Origin: Cuniculiplasma divulgatum
GTDB taxonomy: Archaea > Thermoplasmatota > Thermoplasmata > Thermoplasmatales > Thermoplasmataceae
Assembly: GCF_900083515.1 (NCBI RefSeq)
Contig: NZ_LT671858.1
Span: 1,530,001-1,562,000 of the forward strand
Direction: 5' to 3'
DNA length: 32,000 nt
Within the stretch, counting starts at the first letter, position 1. Each line of letters starts with the position of its first letter. Shown here piece by piece: positions 10,705 to 18,648 of the stretch. The position numbers and the translations under genes were made by a program. The notes beneath the pieces were generated by a model. The model searched no databases and was not told the DNA's origin. It saw only the letters and a program-made list of their open reading frames with translations.

Positions 10705-11946
10705 ATGAAAATGAGGGAGAACCATAAATTATTTCTAGGATATGTTACTAGAAGTAATGTGAATGAGAAACTCAGAATAGCCAGTATTTTGATTACATTT
10801 CTATTAGCTGCATATTCAATGTATGCCATAACGTTTGTATTAATACCCTTGCATTTATCATTTAATGTTTCACTGGCATTTATAACTGTAGCTGTAACAC
10901 TTTCATGGATTGGAGGTGGTATAGGTGGTTTTATCTTCGGTTACATTTCTGATATTTTTGGAAAAAAGAATACTGTGCTTATCACAATACTAATGTATTC
11001 TATATCAACAATTTTAATATTTTTTATCAATAATATTTACCAGCTGTATGTCTTAATGTTTTTTGTGGGTGCAGGTGTCAATGGCGAAAATGGGATAAGT
11101 TATGTTTTAATCTCATTCCTGCAGAAAACAAGATTAAGGGGGACAATTGGGGGTTTTATGCAGGGATTATATGCACTTGGTGCATTACTTGGAGCCATAA
11201 CTGCCTCAACAATTCTACCACGTTATGGAACAATGGCATGGAGATATGTTTTTTTAATAACTGGGATAGTATCTCTATTTTCATTAATTTCCTGGTTATT
11301 TATACCTGATTTCAGTAATGATAATTTTGGAAAGCATAGAAAGTTAAATGTAACAGAAATATTCAATAGAAATGTTATAAAATTAACATTGTTTGGTTCC
11401 ATATTTGCATTTGCATCCTTTATGTTTTTAATACCGTTGTTCAGCCTGGCACCCACATATTTGCAGGATTATGGTATGGGTAGTTATTACATAATATATG
11501 TTGGTTTAGTTCTAGCCTCATTGGTGTATGGGCTATCCGGCTACATATCAGACAAGATAGGGAGGAAGAGGACCGTTATCTACTTCTCCCTTATGGCAAT
11601 TATATTTTCAGCTCTATTCTTATATGTTAATTATGAATTTTTAGGATATTTTATTCCAGTATCACTGGTACTAATATACATGAGTTCATCTTTCTTCGCA
11701 TTTTATGGTGTGTGGATTAGTGAATTATACCCTCCAAAGATGCGGGGCGCGGGTTCAAATTTTACCCTTTTGGTGGCTCGCATTCTTGGTGGTGGTTTTG
11801 GCCCATTAATTGTTGTGTTGATTCCATTAAAACTTGGTGTATCCTTAGGAACAATATTATTTATAATGGCGGTAGTGGCCTTAATATCATCCATATTCAT
11901 TAAAAAACCATCGAACCAGACTTCCAACGTTGGAGTCAAAATATAA
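10705..11946 (+). CDS. major facilitator superfamily transporter
   Basis: 413 aa, about 12 predicted TM helices. MFS loop 2-3 type motifs (GYISDIFGKKN and a second GYISDKIGRKRT). Confidence 0.8.
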   Translation: MKMRENHKLFLGYVTRSNVNEKLRIASILITFLLAAYSMYAITFVLIPLHLSFNVSLAFITVAVTLSWIGGGIGGFIFGYISDIFGKKNTVLITILMYSISTILIFFINNIYQLYVLMFFVGAGVNGENGISYVLISFLQKTRLRGTIGGFMQGLYALGALLGAITASTILPRYGTMAWRYVFLITGIVSLFSLISWLFIPDFSNDNFGKHRKLNVTEIFNRNVIKLTLFGSIFAFASFMFLIPLFSLAPTYLQDYGMGSYYIIYVGLVLASLVYGLSGYISDKIGRKRTVIYFSLMAIIFSALFLYVNYEFLGYFIPVSLVLIYMSSSFFAFYGVWISELYPPKMRGAGSNFTLLVARILGGGFGPLIVVLIPLKLGVSLGTILFIMAVVALISSIFIKKPSNQTSNVGVKI

Positions 11947-12159
11947 GTAGAATAATTTTGTTGATCAAAATATACCTTTTTTACCATGAAATTTTCATCA
12001 CCTAATTTATATTGTCTGCAGAACAACTTGGTATTAACTGTATTGAATATCCTTTAGGATAGTTTAAATCTACACCTAAAATTTATTCAAGCAGATCACC
12101 TCAAAGTAAACTTTTGTTTACTTACGTACTTAAATATTTTTTTTATTTTTACTACAGCT

Positions 12160-12723
12160 ATGGAGATAACTGGAAATAGGATTAACCTTCCCCTATCAAT
12201 GAAGGCAATCCATGAAACAATGCAAATAAAAAAGTACCTGATTCTATTTATTACAATAGCAGCACTTCTTACTGCCCTATATTTTATTTTGCTCCCAATG
12301 CTACCCTTTGGAGCATTTTTTCTGCCAGCAGTAAGATTCATAACTCCTATTCAGATCTTTTTCGCATTTGCGATGGGTATTCTCTTTTCGCTTCTAATCG
12401 TAACCGCTCTTCGTTCACATTCATACGGTCTAAAAATTAATAAGGGAATGGGTGCAACATCAATACTTACCAGCATTGTTAACGTATTCTGTTGTACACC
12501 AATTATTCCAACACTTATTGGAATTCTTGGTGCCTCTTCACCTTTTGTTTTCCAGTATTCTCCACCAATTCAGCATTTCTTTGCCGTGGATTACCCAATA
12601 TTCTACATAATTTCCATCCTGATGTTAACATATTCCATATTGAAAACAGCTTCGAGCCTGGGATGCTGTAATTTGGATGTTGTAAGGAGAGAAAACGTGA
12701 TATCACGAAAACAGGAGGCCTGA
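12160..12723 (+). CDS. polytopic membrane protein with an intramembrane CCxP motif and a C-terminal CC pair
   Basis: 187 aa, 4-5 hydrophobic helices. NVFCCTPIIPTLIGILG lies within a helix and SSLGCCNLD lies in the hydrophilic tail. A 6-nt gap separates it from the next gene. Confidence 0.6.
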   Translation: MEITGNRINLPLSMKAIHETMQIKKYLILFITIAALLTALYFILLPMLPFGAFFLPAVRFITPIQIFFAFAMGILFSLLIVTALRSHSYGLKINKGMGATSILTSIVNVFCCTPIIPTLIGILGASSPFVFQYSPPIQHFFAVDYPIFYIISILMLTYSILKTASSLGCCNLDVVRRENVISRKQEA

Positions 12724-12729
12724 TGTCTA

Positions 12730-13329
12730 ATGTCCAATTTAAAGAAGAAAAAAATGGAACAGTTAAGGAAAAAGAAGCTGGAAATGAGAAAGAGGATTGA
12801 GAAAGTTGCATTCTTATCAATAACGGTTGCCATTCTGGTTGTGGTGGGTATACACTATTCTGGTTCATTATCTGGAGGAAATCATAATGTAACGAAACCA
12901 AAACAGTCACTTACTGATTTTAATGTTTATTTGATAACAGATACTACCATATCAACAAAGTCTTTGGAAGGAAGTCCGTTGGTCGTGTGGTTCATGACAA
13001 CATGGTGTTCTTCATGTGCTGAGGGAAGTGAACTTCTTGCCTCACAGTATTACAACACATTCAGAACAGATGGCATACACCTGTTGCAGATCGAAAATTA
13101 CAATGACCTAAATGAGCAGGGAATGAGCCTACAGCAGTTTGTAACGCAATATGGAGGTGCGAACGAACCCGGTTGGTACATAGGAACATCTACTCTGTCA
13201 GTAACTCAGCAATATAACCCAACCAGTGCTCTTGATGTGTATTATTTGGTGAATTCACAGGGATACATTGTTGGCAGTGGACAGGGGCTTGGTGCTAACC
13301 TAAACAGCGTAATAGAGACGTTGGGGTGA
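12730..13329 (+). CDS. membrane-anchored thioredoxin-fold (TlpA/ResA-like) thiol-disulfide oxidoreductase
   Basis: Lys-rich N-terminus followed by one TM helix. PLVVWFMTTWCSSCAEG is a thioredoxin-like WCxxC active site. Confidence 0.7.
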   Translation: MSNLKKKKMEQLRKKKLEMRKRIEKVAFLSITVAILVVVGIHYSGSLSGGNHNVTKPKQSLTDFNVYLITDTTISTKSLEGSPLVVWFMTTWCSSCAEGSELLASQYYNTFRTDGIHLLQIENYNDLNEQGMSLQQFVTQYGGANEPGWYIGTSTLSVTQQYNPTSALDVYYLVNSQGYIVGSGQGLGANLNSVIETLG

Positions 13330-13674
13330 AGTTATGAATTTTGAGAAGAATCGAGAAGGAATCAAATGAGAAATCAATTTCCTTTGATTTCATAAGTTTA
13401 GGCTAGTTCTAGCTCCTTTTATTACAATCCGGCACAAGGTTCTCCATGCAGTGCAACCATGTGATTTTAGATAGAATTACAATTTCATTGGTGGATCAAG
13501 ATTCCAGGTCAAACGGACTACGATGAGTGACTGCATTTGACTTACTAATGAAAGATTTTCAGTCGTGCTTTATGGATACATACGTTATATAATAGGATAA
13601 ATTTAATATTAATTCTTCTAAGAATAAACCCTATCAATCTAAATTCATTGATTACTGTCTAAATTATTTAGACT

Positions 13675-14268
13675 TCATAGGCTTTGAGAAGAAAGGTTAT
13701 TTCTGACTGACATGTTTCTGAAATGTAACCATATTAGAATTGCACCATTAATCACGTCTATAAGGTATGAAACTTCCTCAAGATATATATCGAAAGCGAG
13801 GGATGCTGATGCTGACACAAATATTGCAATTGCAAAGTATATAATGGGAAAGGTGCAACATGCCCCCGTTGTTATTGTTGAGGCAAAAACTGAGAATGAT
13901 AGTTTCATCACATGCTTCCTTTTACTGCTCAGTGCCAACTGTTTAAACACATCCATTAGGGTAAGAAAAATGGCATAGCTCAAAAAAATTGTAAGTATTA
14001 CCGGAAATATAGGAAGCGAAATTTCGAAATGATATGTTGGGTACCAGTAAAATCCGCTGAACCCTAATAACATATGGATGTTATTGGACCAAACCAAAAA
14101 CATGATTCTATGGTTAATTCCATTGCTGATTGCCCCATACAAACTGCCCCTGTAATAGTCAAAAAAACCAGCTGAAAAGGCATCCATAACCCAGAGGCCT
14201 ATTGATATCAGCAGTGCCAGAAGCGATGGTATCCGGAAAGATTTAGTTGAATGGTTGCTGGAATGCAT
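13675..14268 (-). CDS. polytopic membrane protein with an intramembrane vicinal Cys pair, last gene of the merA operon
   Basis: 197 aa, 5-6 hydrophobic helices, TTGACCTFPIIYFAIAIF. It starts 26 nt after the merA stop on the same strand. Confidence 0.6.
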   Translation of the reverse strand: MHSSNHSTKSFRIPSLLALLISIGLWVMDAFSAGFFDYYRGSLYGAISNGINHRIMFLVWSNNIHMLLGFSGFYWYPTYHFEISLPIFPVILTIFLSYAIFLTLMDVFKQLALSSKRKHVMKLSFSVFASTITTGACCTFPIIYFAIAIFVSASASLAFDIYLEEVSYLIDVINGAILIWLHFRNMSVRNNLSSQSL

Positions 14269-14294
14269 TTATATTATCCCAAATGATGTGCTGT

Positions 14295-15740
14295 CTATTC
14301 AACACAGCACGCCATCTTTGAAAGATCCCTTATGAAGGATTGGGCAGCAAGTTTTATTCCCTCTGAAAATGAAGGGAATATATGGCTCGTTGCAATTATA
14401 TCATCGATGGTATAACCGTTCCTGACAGCGTAAGCACCCTCGGTTATGATATCTGTTGCGTTTGGGGCCATTATGTGCATACCTACAATTCTGTTGTCAT
14501 TTGGATCCACTGTAATCTTTATGACACCTTCAGTTTCGCCCATTATGCTTGCCTTCGTCAGGTTTTCAAGTGAAAATACCCTGCATGAACATGATCCGTT
14601 CTTCTTTGAGAACTCGTTTTCTGTCATTCCAACCCCTGCAATCTGCGGGCTTGTAAATACTGCCCATGTGGAGGAGTCATAATCAATCGTAAGATCTTCA
14701 CCAAACATGTTGTTCACTGCTATAACGCCCTCCCTTGCTGCCAGAGTTTCAAGAAACATCTTTTTGGAAACGCAGTCCCCTGCCGCATATATACCAGGCG
14801 TGGATGTCTTCATTTTTTCAGAAGTCACTATTTGCCCCCTTGAATCGACCTCAACGCCCGCGGACTTGAGATTCAGATATTGTGTGTTTGCATGCCTTCC
14901 AGTTGCAACTATGATCTCCTGGACTTCTATTTTTTCCTTTCCATTATGCGTTATAATATCAATTGATTTTCCATTCCCGGATCTGTTCACTGAACCGATT
15001 CTTGCCCCCAGGTGGAACTTCATTCCTTCCTTTTCCAGGAACCTCTTCATTGCCGAACTTATCTCTGGTTCTGTTTGTGGTAGAAGTGAATCCATTGCCT
15101 CAATCACTGTTATCTTTGAGCCGAAATGCATGAGAGCCTGACCTATTTCCAGTCCTATGGCTCCTCCGCCTATGATGGCAACTGACTCAGGCATTTCATT
15201 GAGTTCCCATATGGTGTCGCTGGTTAAGAATCCTGTTTCCTTCAATCCTTCAATATTCGGTACACTAGGGGATGAACCTGTTGCAATGAGAATGTTAGAT
15301 CCTGTGACCATAGAAATTTCATTCCCGTCAGAATCCGATACCAAGATGGTCTTCCTGTCGACGAATCTCCCAAGACCGTTGAAAAGTTTTACATTGCTGT
15401 AGTTTTCAATCACCTGAGCATATTTTGTGTCTCTTGCATGTGTAACGTATGATCTCAGGCCTTCCATCACCTCTGAGAAGTTATGTTTCACCTGAGTGGG
15501 GTATATGCCGGACATTCTGGGATGATTAGGTCTGAAAACTGAATGGGATGCCTCAAGCAGATATTTTGATGGGACACATCCCACGTTGACGCATGTACCT
15601 CCCAATGATCCCGTGCCTATCATGGCAATTGTCATCTCGCCATTGCTAAGTTCCGAGGCTTTGATTGCAGCTGAAAAAGAAGCTGCACCCCTTCCAAGTA
15701 TTACAAGATCAAATTTCTGTATCTCGCTCTTCAAGTTCAT
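14295..15740 (-). CDS. merA: mercuric reductase (core MerA without a fused NmerA domain)
   Basis: Redox-active GGTCVNVGCVPSK. FAD and NAD(P) GxGxxG motifs. C-terminal FSEGIKLAAQSFIRDLSKMACCVE carries the MerA-specific vicinal Cys pair. Confidence 0.9.
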   Translation of the reverse strand: MNLKSEIQKFDLVILGRGAASFSAAIKASELSNGEMTIAMIGTGSLGGTCVNVGCVPSKYLLEASHSVFRPNHPRMSGIYPTQVKHNFSEVMEGLRSYVTHARDTKYAQVIENYSNVKLFNGLGRFVDRKTILVSDSDGNEISMVTGSNILIATGSSPSVPNIEGLKETGFLTSDTIWELNEMPESVAIIGGGAIGLEIGQALMHFGSKITVIEAMDSLLPQTEPEISSAMKRFLEKEGMKFHLGARIGSVNRSGNGKSIDIITHNGKEKIEVQEIIVATGRHANTQYLNLKSAGVEVDSRGQIVTSEKMKTSTPGIYAAGDCVSKKMFLETLAAREGVIAVNNMFGEDLTIDYDSSTWAVFTSPQIAGVGMTENEFSKKNGSCSCRVFSLENLTKASIMGETEGVIKITVDPNDNRIVGMHIMAPNATDIITEGAYAVRNGYTIDDIIATSHIFPSFSEGIKLAAQSFIRDLSKMACCVE

Positions 15741-15747
15741 TCGCCTT

Positions 15748-15996
15748 TTACTGTTCCATGAGCGTTGCCTTGTAGTGTGATGGCTTTTCGAATACCTTGT
15801 TTTTAAGAAGTCCTTCTGGGCTTACCTTTGTGGGATCGAACTCAACCTCTCCAATGCCATCTTTCAGGGATACCTTCACATCTCTGACGCCTTCCTGATT
15901 CTTTAGGCCACGGCTAACTGTTCTTACGCAGTCATCACAGGTCATTCCATATATCCTCAGTTTTACTTTTCTTTCTTCCATAATTATACATAACAT
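15748..15996 (-). CDS. heavy-metal-associated (HMA) domain metallochaperone (MerP/CopZ-like)
   Basis: GMTCDDC metal-binding loop. About 75-82 aa, and the true start is possibly MEERK at 15981. A 7-nt gap separates it from merA. Confidence 0.85.
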   Translation of the reverse strand: MLCIIMEERKVKLRIYGMTCDDCVRTVSRGLKNQEGVRDVKVSLKDGIGEVEFDPTKVSPEGLLKNKVFEKPSHYKATLMEQ

Positions 15997-16214
15997 TCGT
16001 GTATTAAAGTTGGAAAGTAAATTATTGTTTACCTATCGAAATGAAGATGACTCACTATGCGAAATAATTTTTATACTGAATATGATTCTTCTCCATAATA
16101 TTGAAATATTTCAATCCTTGTTGATTCTACAAGAATTGAAAGCCATAATTCCTTATTTTTCATACATATTAACATGTAAATTTCAGAAGCATTTATGATC
16201 AGTTATGTGAAAAA

Positions 16215-16306
16215 ATGCAATTATAATGCAATTTTGATGCAAATAAAATGAAACATTAATGCAATGGTAAAAAAAGAAATGCAACATTGATGCAATTAAA
16301 ATGCAG
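16215..16306. repeat. 11-bp phased tandem array of ATGCAA
   Basis: ATGCAA/ATGCAG at 16215, 16226, 16237, 16259, 16279, 16290 and 16301, with degenerate ATGAAA at 16248. Spacings are 11/11/(11)/11/20/11/11. Confidence 0.8.
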
Positions 16307-16446
16307 ACAATTATAACGTAATATTACCAAAGTTAAAGTGTAAAATGCTCAAGATTGAATAAGCATCCATGATTTGCTTGTGACATTATTTGGTTATTAG
16401 ATTCATTTTTGATAATCTGCTCCACCAGAATTTGGAACACTTTTCA

Positions 16447-17322
16447 TCAATTCTCATCTAGTGTCACCTCAACTTCTTTCTTTTCGAATCTGTTCCTGAA
16501 TGAAGGATCATTCAGGAACTTCCTCCTGAACTCCCTTGGGGGAAGATAATCGATGGATGAATGCAGGCCGCATTCATTGTAATCTGTGAATGCCTTTTCT
16601 ATCTTTATGGAAGCTTTATGAAAGTCTCTCAATTCATTAGGCCAGATATAGTCAGTCTTGATTGAGTTATGGAATGATTCAATATCTCCATTATCTTCCG
16701 GAGTGTGTTTCTGTATATACTCAAGATTGATCCCAAGTAGTTTCATGGCACTCCTGAACTCCCTGGATATATACTGGGGGCCATTGTCTGTTCTCAGTAC
16801 CAGGCCTTCTGATACTGATCCATTGAATGCCAGTAGAACAGCATTCTCCACAGAACGTATGGCATCCCTTGCCATACATGACCTGGAATAATGATATCCC
16901 TGCCATTCCTTGGTGAAAGTGTCCTTGATGCACATCAGATAGGTCATTCCCGATTCGGTGGGAATGTAAGTGATGTCAGTTTCCCAGAGCTGATCCGGAC
17001 CATGGGGATGGAAGAGATTCCTTTTCTTCGTTTTCACTCTGTGTTTCGATGCAGGAAGGTTCAGGTTGTTATCCTTAAGAATCTTCCTGACTGTCTTCTG
17101 GTTCACTTCTGTACCAGAATTACGAAGAACTGCCCACACTCTCCTGTATCCGTATGTTGTCCTCTCTGATGCAATGTCCTTGATCCTTTCCTTGATTGAT
17201 GGATCAAGCCTCTGAATATTCCTCTCTGTAGATTTATAATAATATCCGGATAGTGATATTCCGGATGTCCTTGAGATATTCCTCAAGGACATCTCCTGTT
17301 TTAGATCTTCCACAACCATCAT
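16447..17322 (-). CDS. IS3-family transposase OrfB (rve integrase core, DDE)
   Basis: WETDITYIPT (D), LRTDNGPQYIS (D) and PEDNGDIESFHNSIK (E), followed by a C-terminal LPPREF motif. Confidence 0.85.
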   Translation of the reverse strand: MMVVEDLKQEMSLRNISRTSGISLSGYYYKSTERNIQRLDPSIKERIKDIASERTTYGYRRVWAVLRNSGTEVNQKTVRKILKDNNLNLPASKHRVKTKKRNLFHPHGPDQLWETDITYIPTESGMTYLMCIKDTFTKEWQGYHYSRSCMARDAIRSVENAVLLAFNGSVSEGLVLRTDNGPQYISREFRSAMKLLGINLEYIQKHTPEDNGDIESFHNSIKTDYIWPNELRDFHKASIKIEKAFTDYNECGLHSSIDYLPPREFRRKFLNDPSFRNRFEKKEVEVTLDEN

Positions 17323-17323
17323 T

Positions 17324-17593
17324 TTATCCTCTTGATCGTTTTTTAAAAGCGTCTATGACCAGTGACTGATCTCCTATGATCTTCTTCAGATCCTCGATCT
17401 CCTCATCCCTCGAATCAGAATTCCTTCTCTGAGACAGTGCTGACTTCCCTCCAAGTATGAACTGTTCCTTCCACTTGCTTAACTGAACAGGATATATGCC
17501 ATGCCTGCGGCATATTTCAGCCTGTGTCACATTCTCGGAAAAGGATTCCATTACGATCTGGAACTTCTCTTCAGCCGAATATTTTGATTTCAT
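17324..17593 (-). CDS. IS3-family transposase OrfA (HTH_Tnp_1)
   Basis: YSAEEKFQIVMES...VTQAEICRRHGIYPVQLSKWKEQF is the IS3/IS911 OrfA signature. It ends 1 nt before the orfB ATG. Confidence 0.85.
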   Translation of the reverse strand: MKSKYSAEEKFQIVMESFSENVTQAEICRRHGIYPVQLSKWKEQFILGGKSALSQRRNSDSRDEEIEDLKKIIGDQSLVIDAFKKRSRG

Positions 17594-17701
17594 GAAAAAA
17601 CCTTTATGATTTGATAAACTGCTATTTGCATGCTCTCCATGTATCTGTTCTTCTCTATAATATTATTATCATAGTGTTCCAGTTCTATGATGGTGCAGGT
17701 C

Positions 17702-17840
17702 ATGAGCTATCAATCTTTTAAGAAAGATAGAAGAAAAAAAGAATAATTCTGGAAGTAATCGGTGAAATTGTTCTATTTTCTTTTGAAGAAGACAAGTTTT
17801 AACATTTGTGCGGAAAATAGAGAGGAAATTAGAAAACCTC
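17702..17840 (+). repeat. copy A of a ~140-150 bp IS5-tail repeat
   Basis: Aligns by eye at roughly 85-90% identity with 21702-21852. Long shared blocks include ATAATTCTGGAAGTAA and TTGAAGAAGACAAGTTTTAACATTTGTG. It begins immediately at the IS3 right end. Confidence 0.8.
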
Positions 17841-17945
17841 TAAACTTATCCAAACACACTATTTAATATATTACACCCTAACTACAACGAACCGTTTTAT
17901 ATTGGAAATTAATTGCTAATGCATAGATAAAAGTTTTGGGGGGTT

Positions 17946-18329
17946 GTGGAAATGAAAGAAGCTCACGCGGCTGATGAGAGAGGGTATGTCATAATGCCTG
18001 AAAACCAGAGCATTAACGTAGAAAGATCTGAAGATATTCTGAATTTACTCGGCAAGAAATATTCACTGCTCATTATTGGTATTTTGGGAATTGATACTAC
18101 GATGAAATTTAATGATATAAAAAAAATCCTTGGATGCCCATCGTCGAATATTCTGACAGCACGACTTAGGGAGATGAATAGTGCAGAAATTATTGATAGA
18201 AATGTTGTACAATCCTCCCCGATTTCAGTTATGTACTCGCTAACTAAGAAAGGTATAGAACTGAGAAAGAATCTAATTCCACTTTTCAGCTGGATTGAAT
18301 ATAATTGCCCTAGAACGAAGTTAAAATAA
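17946..18329 (+). CDS. HxlR-family winged-helix transcriptional regulator
   Basis: LLGKKYSLLIIGIL...MKFNDIKKILGCPSSNILTARLREMNSAEIIDRN...VMYSLTKKGIELRKNLIPLFSW matches the HxlR (DUF24) pattern. The start is GTG 17946 or ATG 17952. Confidence 0.7.
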   Translation: MEMKEAHAADERGYVIMPENQSINVERSEDILNLLGKKYSLLIIGILGIDTTMKFNDIKKILGCPSSNILTARLREMNSAEIIDRNVVQSSPISVMYSLTKKGIELRKNLIPLFSWIEYNCPRTKLK

Positions 18330-18331
18330 AT

Positions 18332-18367
18332 AAACTAGGTATACTTTATAAACTAGGTATACTTTAC
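18332..18367 (+). promoter_or_regulatory. tandem 18-bp direct repeat (candidate operator) upstream of a TATA-like box for the second mer operon
   Basis: AAACTAGGTATACTTTAT followed by AAACTAGGTATACTTTAC, each with a GTATAC palindrome core. The CTATATATTA box at 18377-18386 lies ~25-30 nt before the ATG at 18409, which suggests a leaderless or short-leader mRNA. Confidence 0.5.
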
Positions 18368-18408
18368 TTAACAATTCTATATATTAGGTTGATTCACATC
18401 TATGAAAT

Positions 18409-18642
18409 ATGACACAAAAAAAGGTTGAGCTAAAGATATTCGGAATGACGAGCAACGAATGTGAAGGGCTTGTCTCTAAGGGACTCAAAACGAGAGATGG
18501 TGTAAAAGATGCGGTTATCGATTTTAAGCTTGGACTTGGCACGGTGGAGATAGATGACACAAAAGTTTCTCCAGAAGACTTGATTCGGCTTCCGGTGTTC
18601 ACCCAGTCGCATTACCGGGCACAGATAAGGAAGGTGGAGTGA
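18409..18642 (+). CDS. HMA-fold protein with a degenerate metal-binding loop (GMTSNEC)
   Basis: It is alignable along its whole length to the 15748-15996 product, but the first Cys of CxxC is Ser (AGC). Confidence 0.8.
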   Translation: MTQKKVELKIFGMTSNECEGLVSKGLKTRDGVKDAVIDFKLGLGTVEIDDTKVSPEDLIRLPVFTQSHYRAQIRKVE

Positions 18643-18648
18643 TTTTAA

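Larger units (their letters stand above)
16418..17696 (-). mobile_element. IS3-family insertion sequence, apparently intact (~1.28 kb)
   Basis: orfA (HTH) and orfB (rve DDE) are bounded by imperfect terminal inverted repeats. These are TGCTCCACCAGAATTTGGAACACT (16418-) and the reverse complement of AGTGTTCCAGTTCTATGATGGTGCA (-17696), giving TG...CA ends. No clear target-site duplication was seen. Confidence 0.75.

Noticed and set aside
10687-13480. Identical 14-mer TTAGATAGAATTAC at 10687-10700 and 13467-13480. The copies flank the MFS / CC-membrane / thioredoxin block next to the ISL3 fragment, so they could be a recombination scar or terminal repeat.
   Set aside because: My rough estimate is that several exact AT-rich 14-mer pairs are expected by chance in a 32-kb window of ~36% GC. 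The match also does not extend on either side.
14382-15780. Several plus-strand ORFs of 60-144 aa (14382, 14446, 14707, 15157, 15586) inside merA. There are similar antisense ORFs inside the YVTN gene (8365, 8887, 9868), the repeat protein (1087, 1519), the aminopeptidase and thrS.
   Set aside because: These are shadow ORFs opposite strongly supported genes. They have no recognisable motifs.
16411-17703. Target-site duplication flanking the IS3 element.
   Set aside because: The 3-5 nt on either side of the inferred ends (…ATAATC / GGTCAT…) do not match. Either the ends are off by a base or two, or the flanks have been rearranged.
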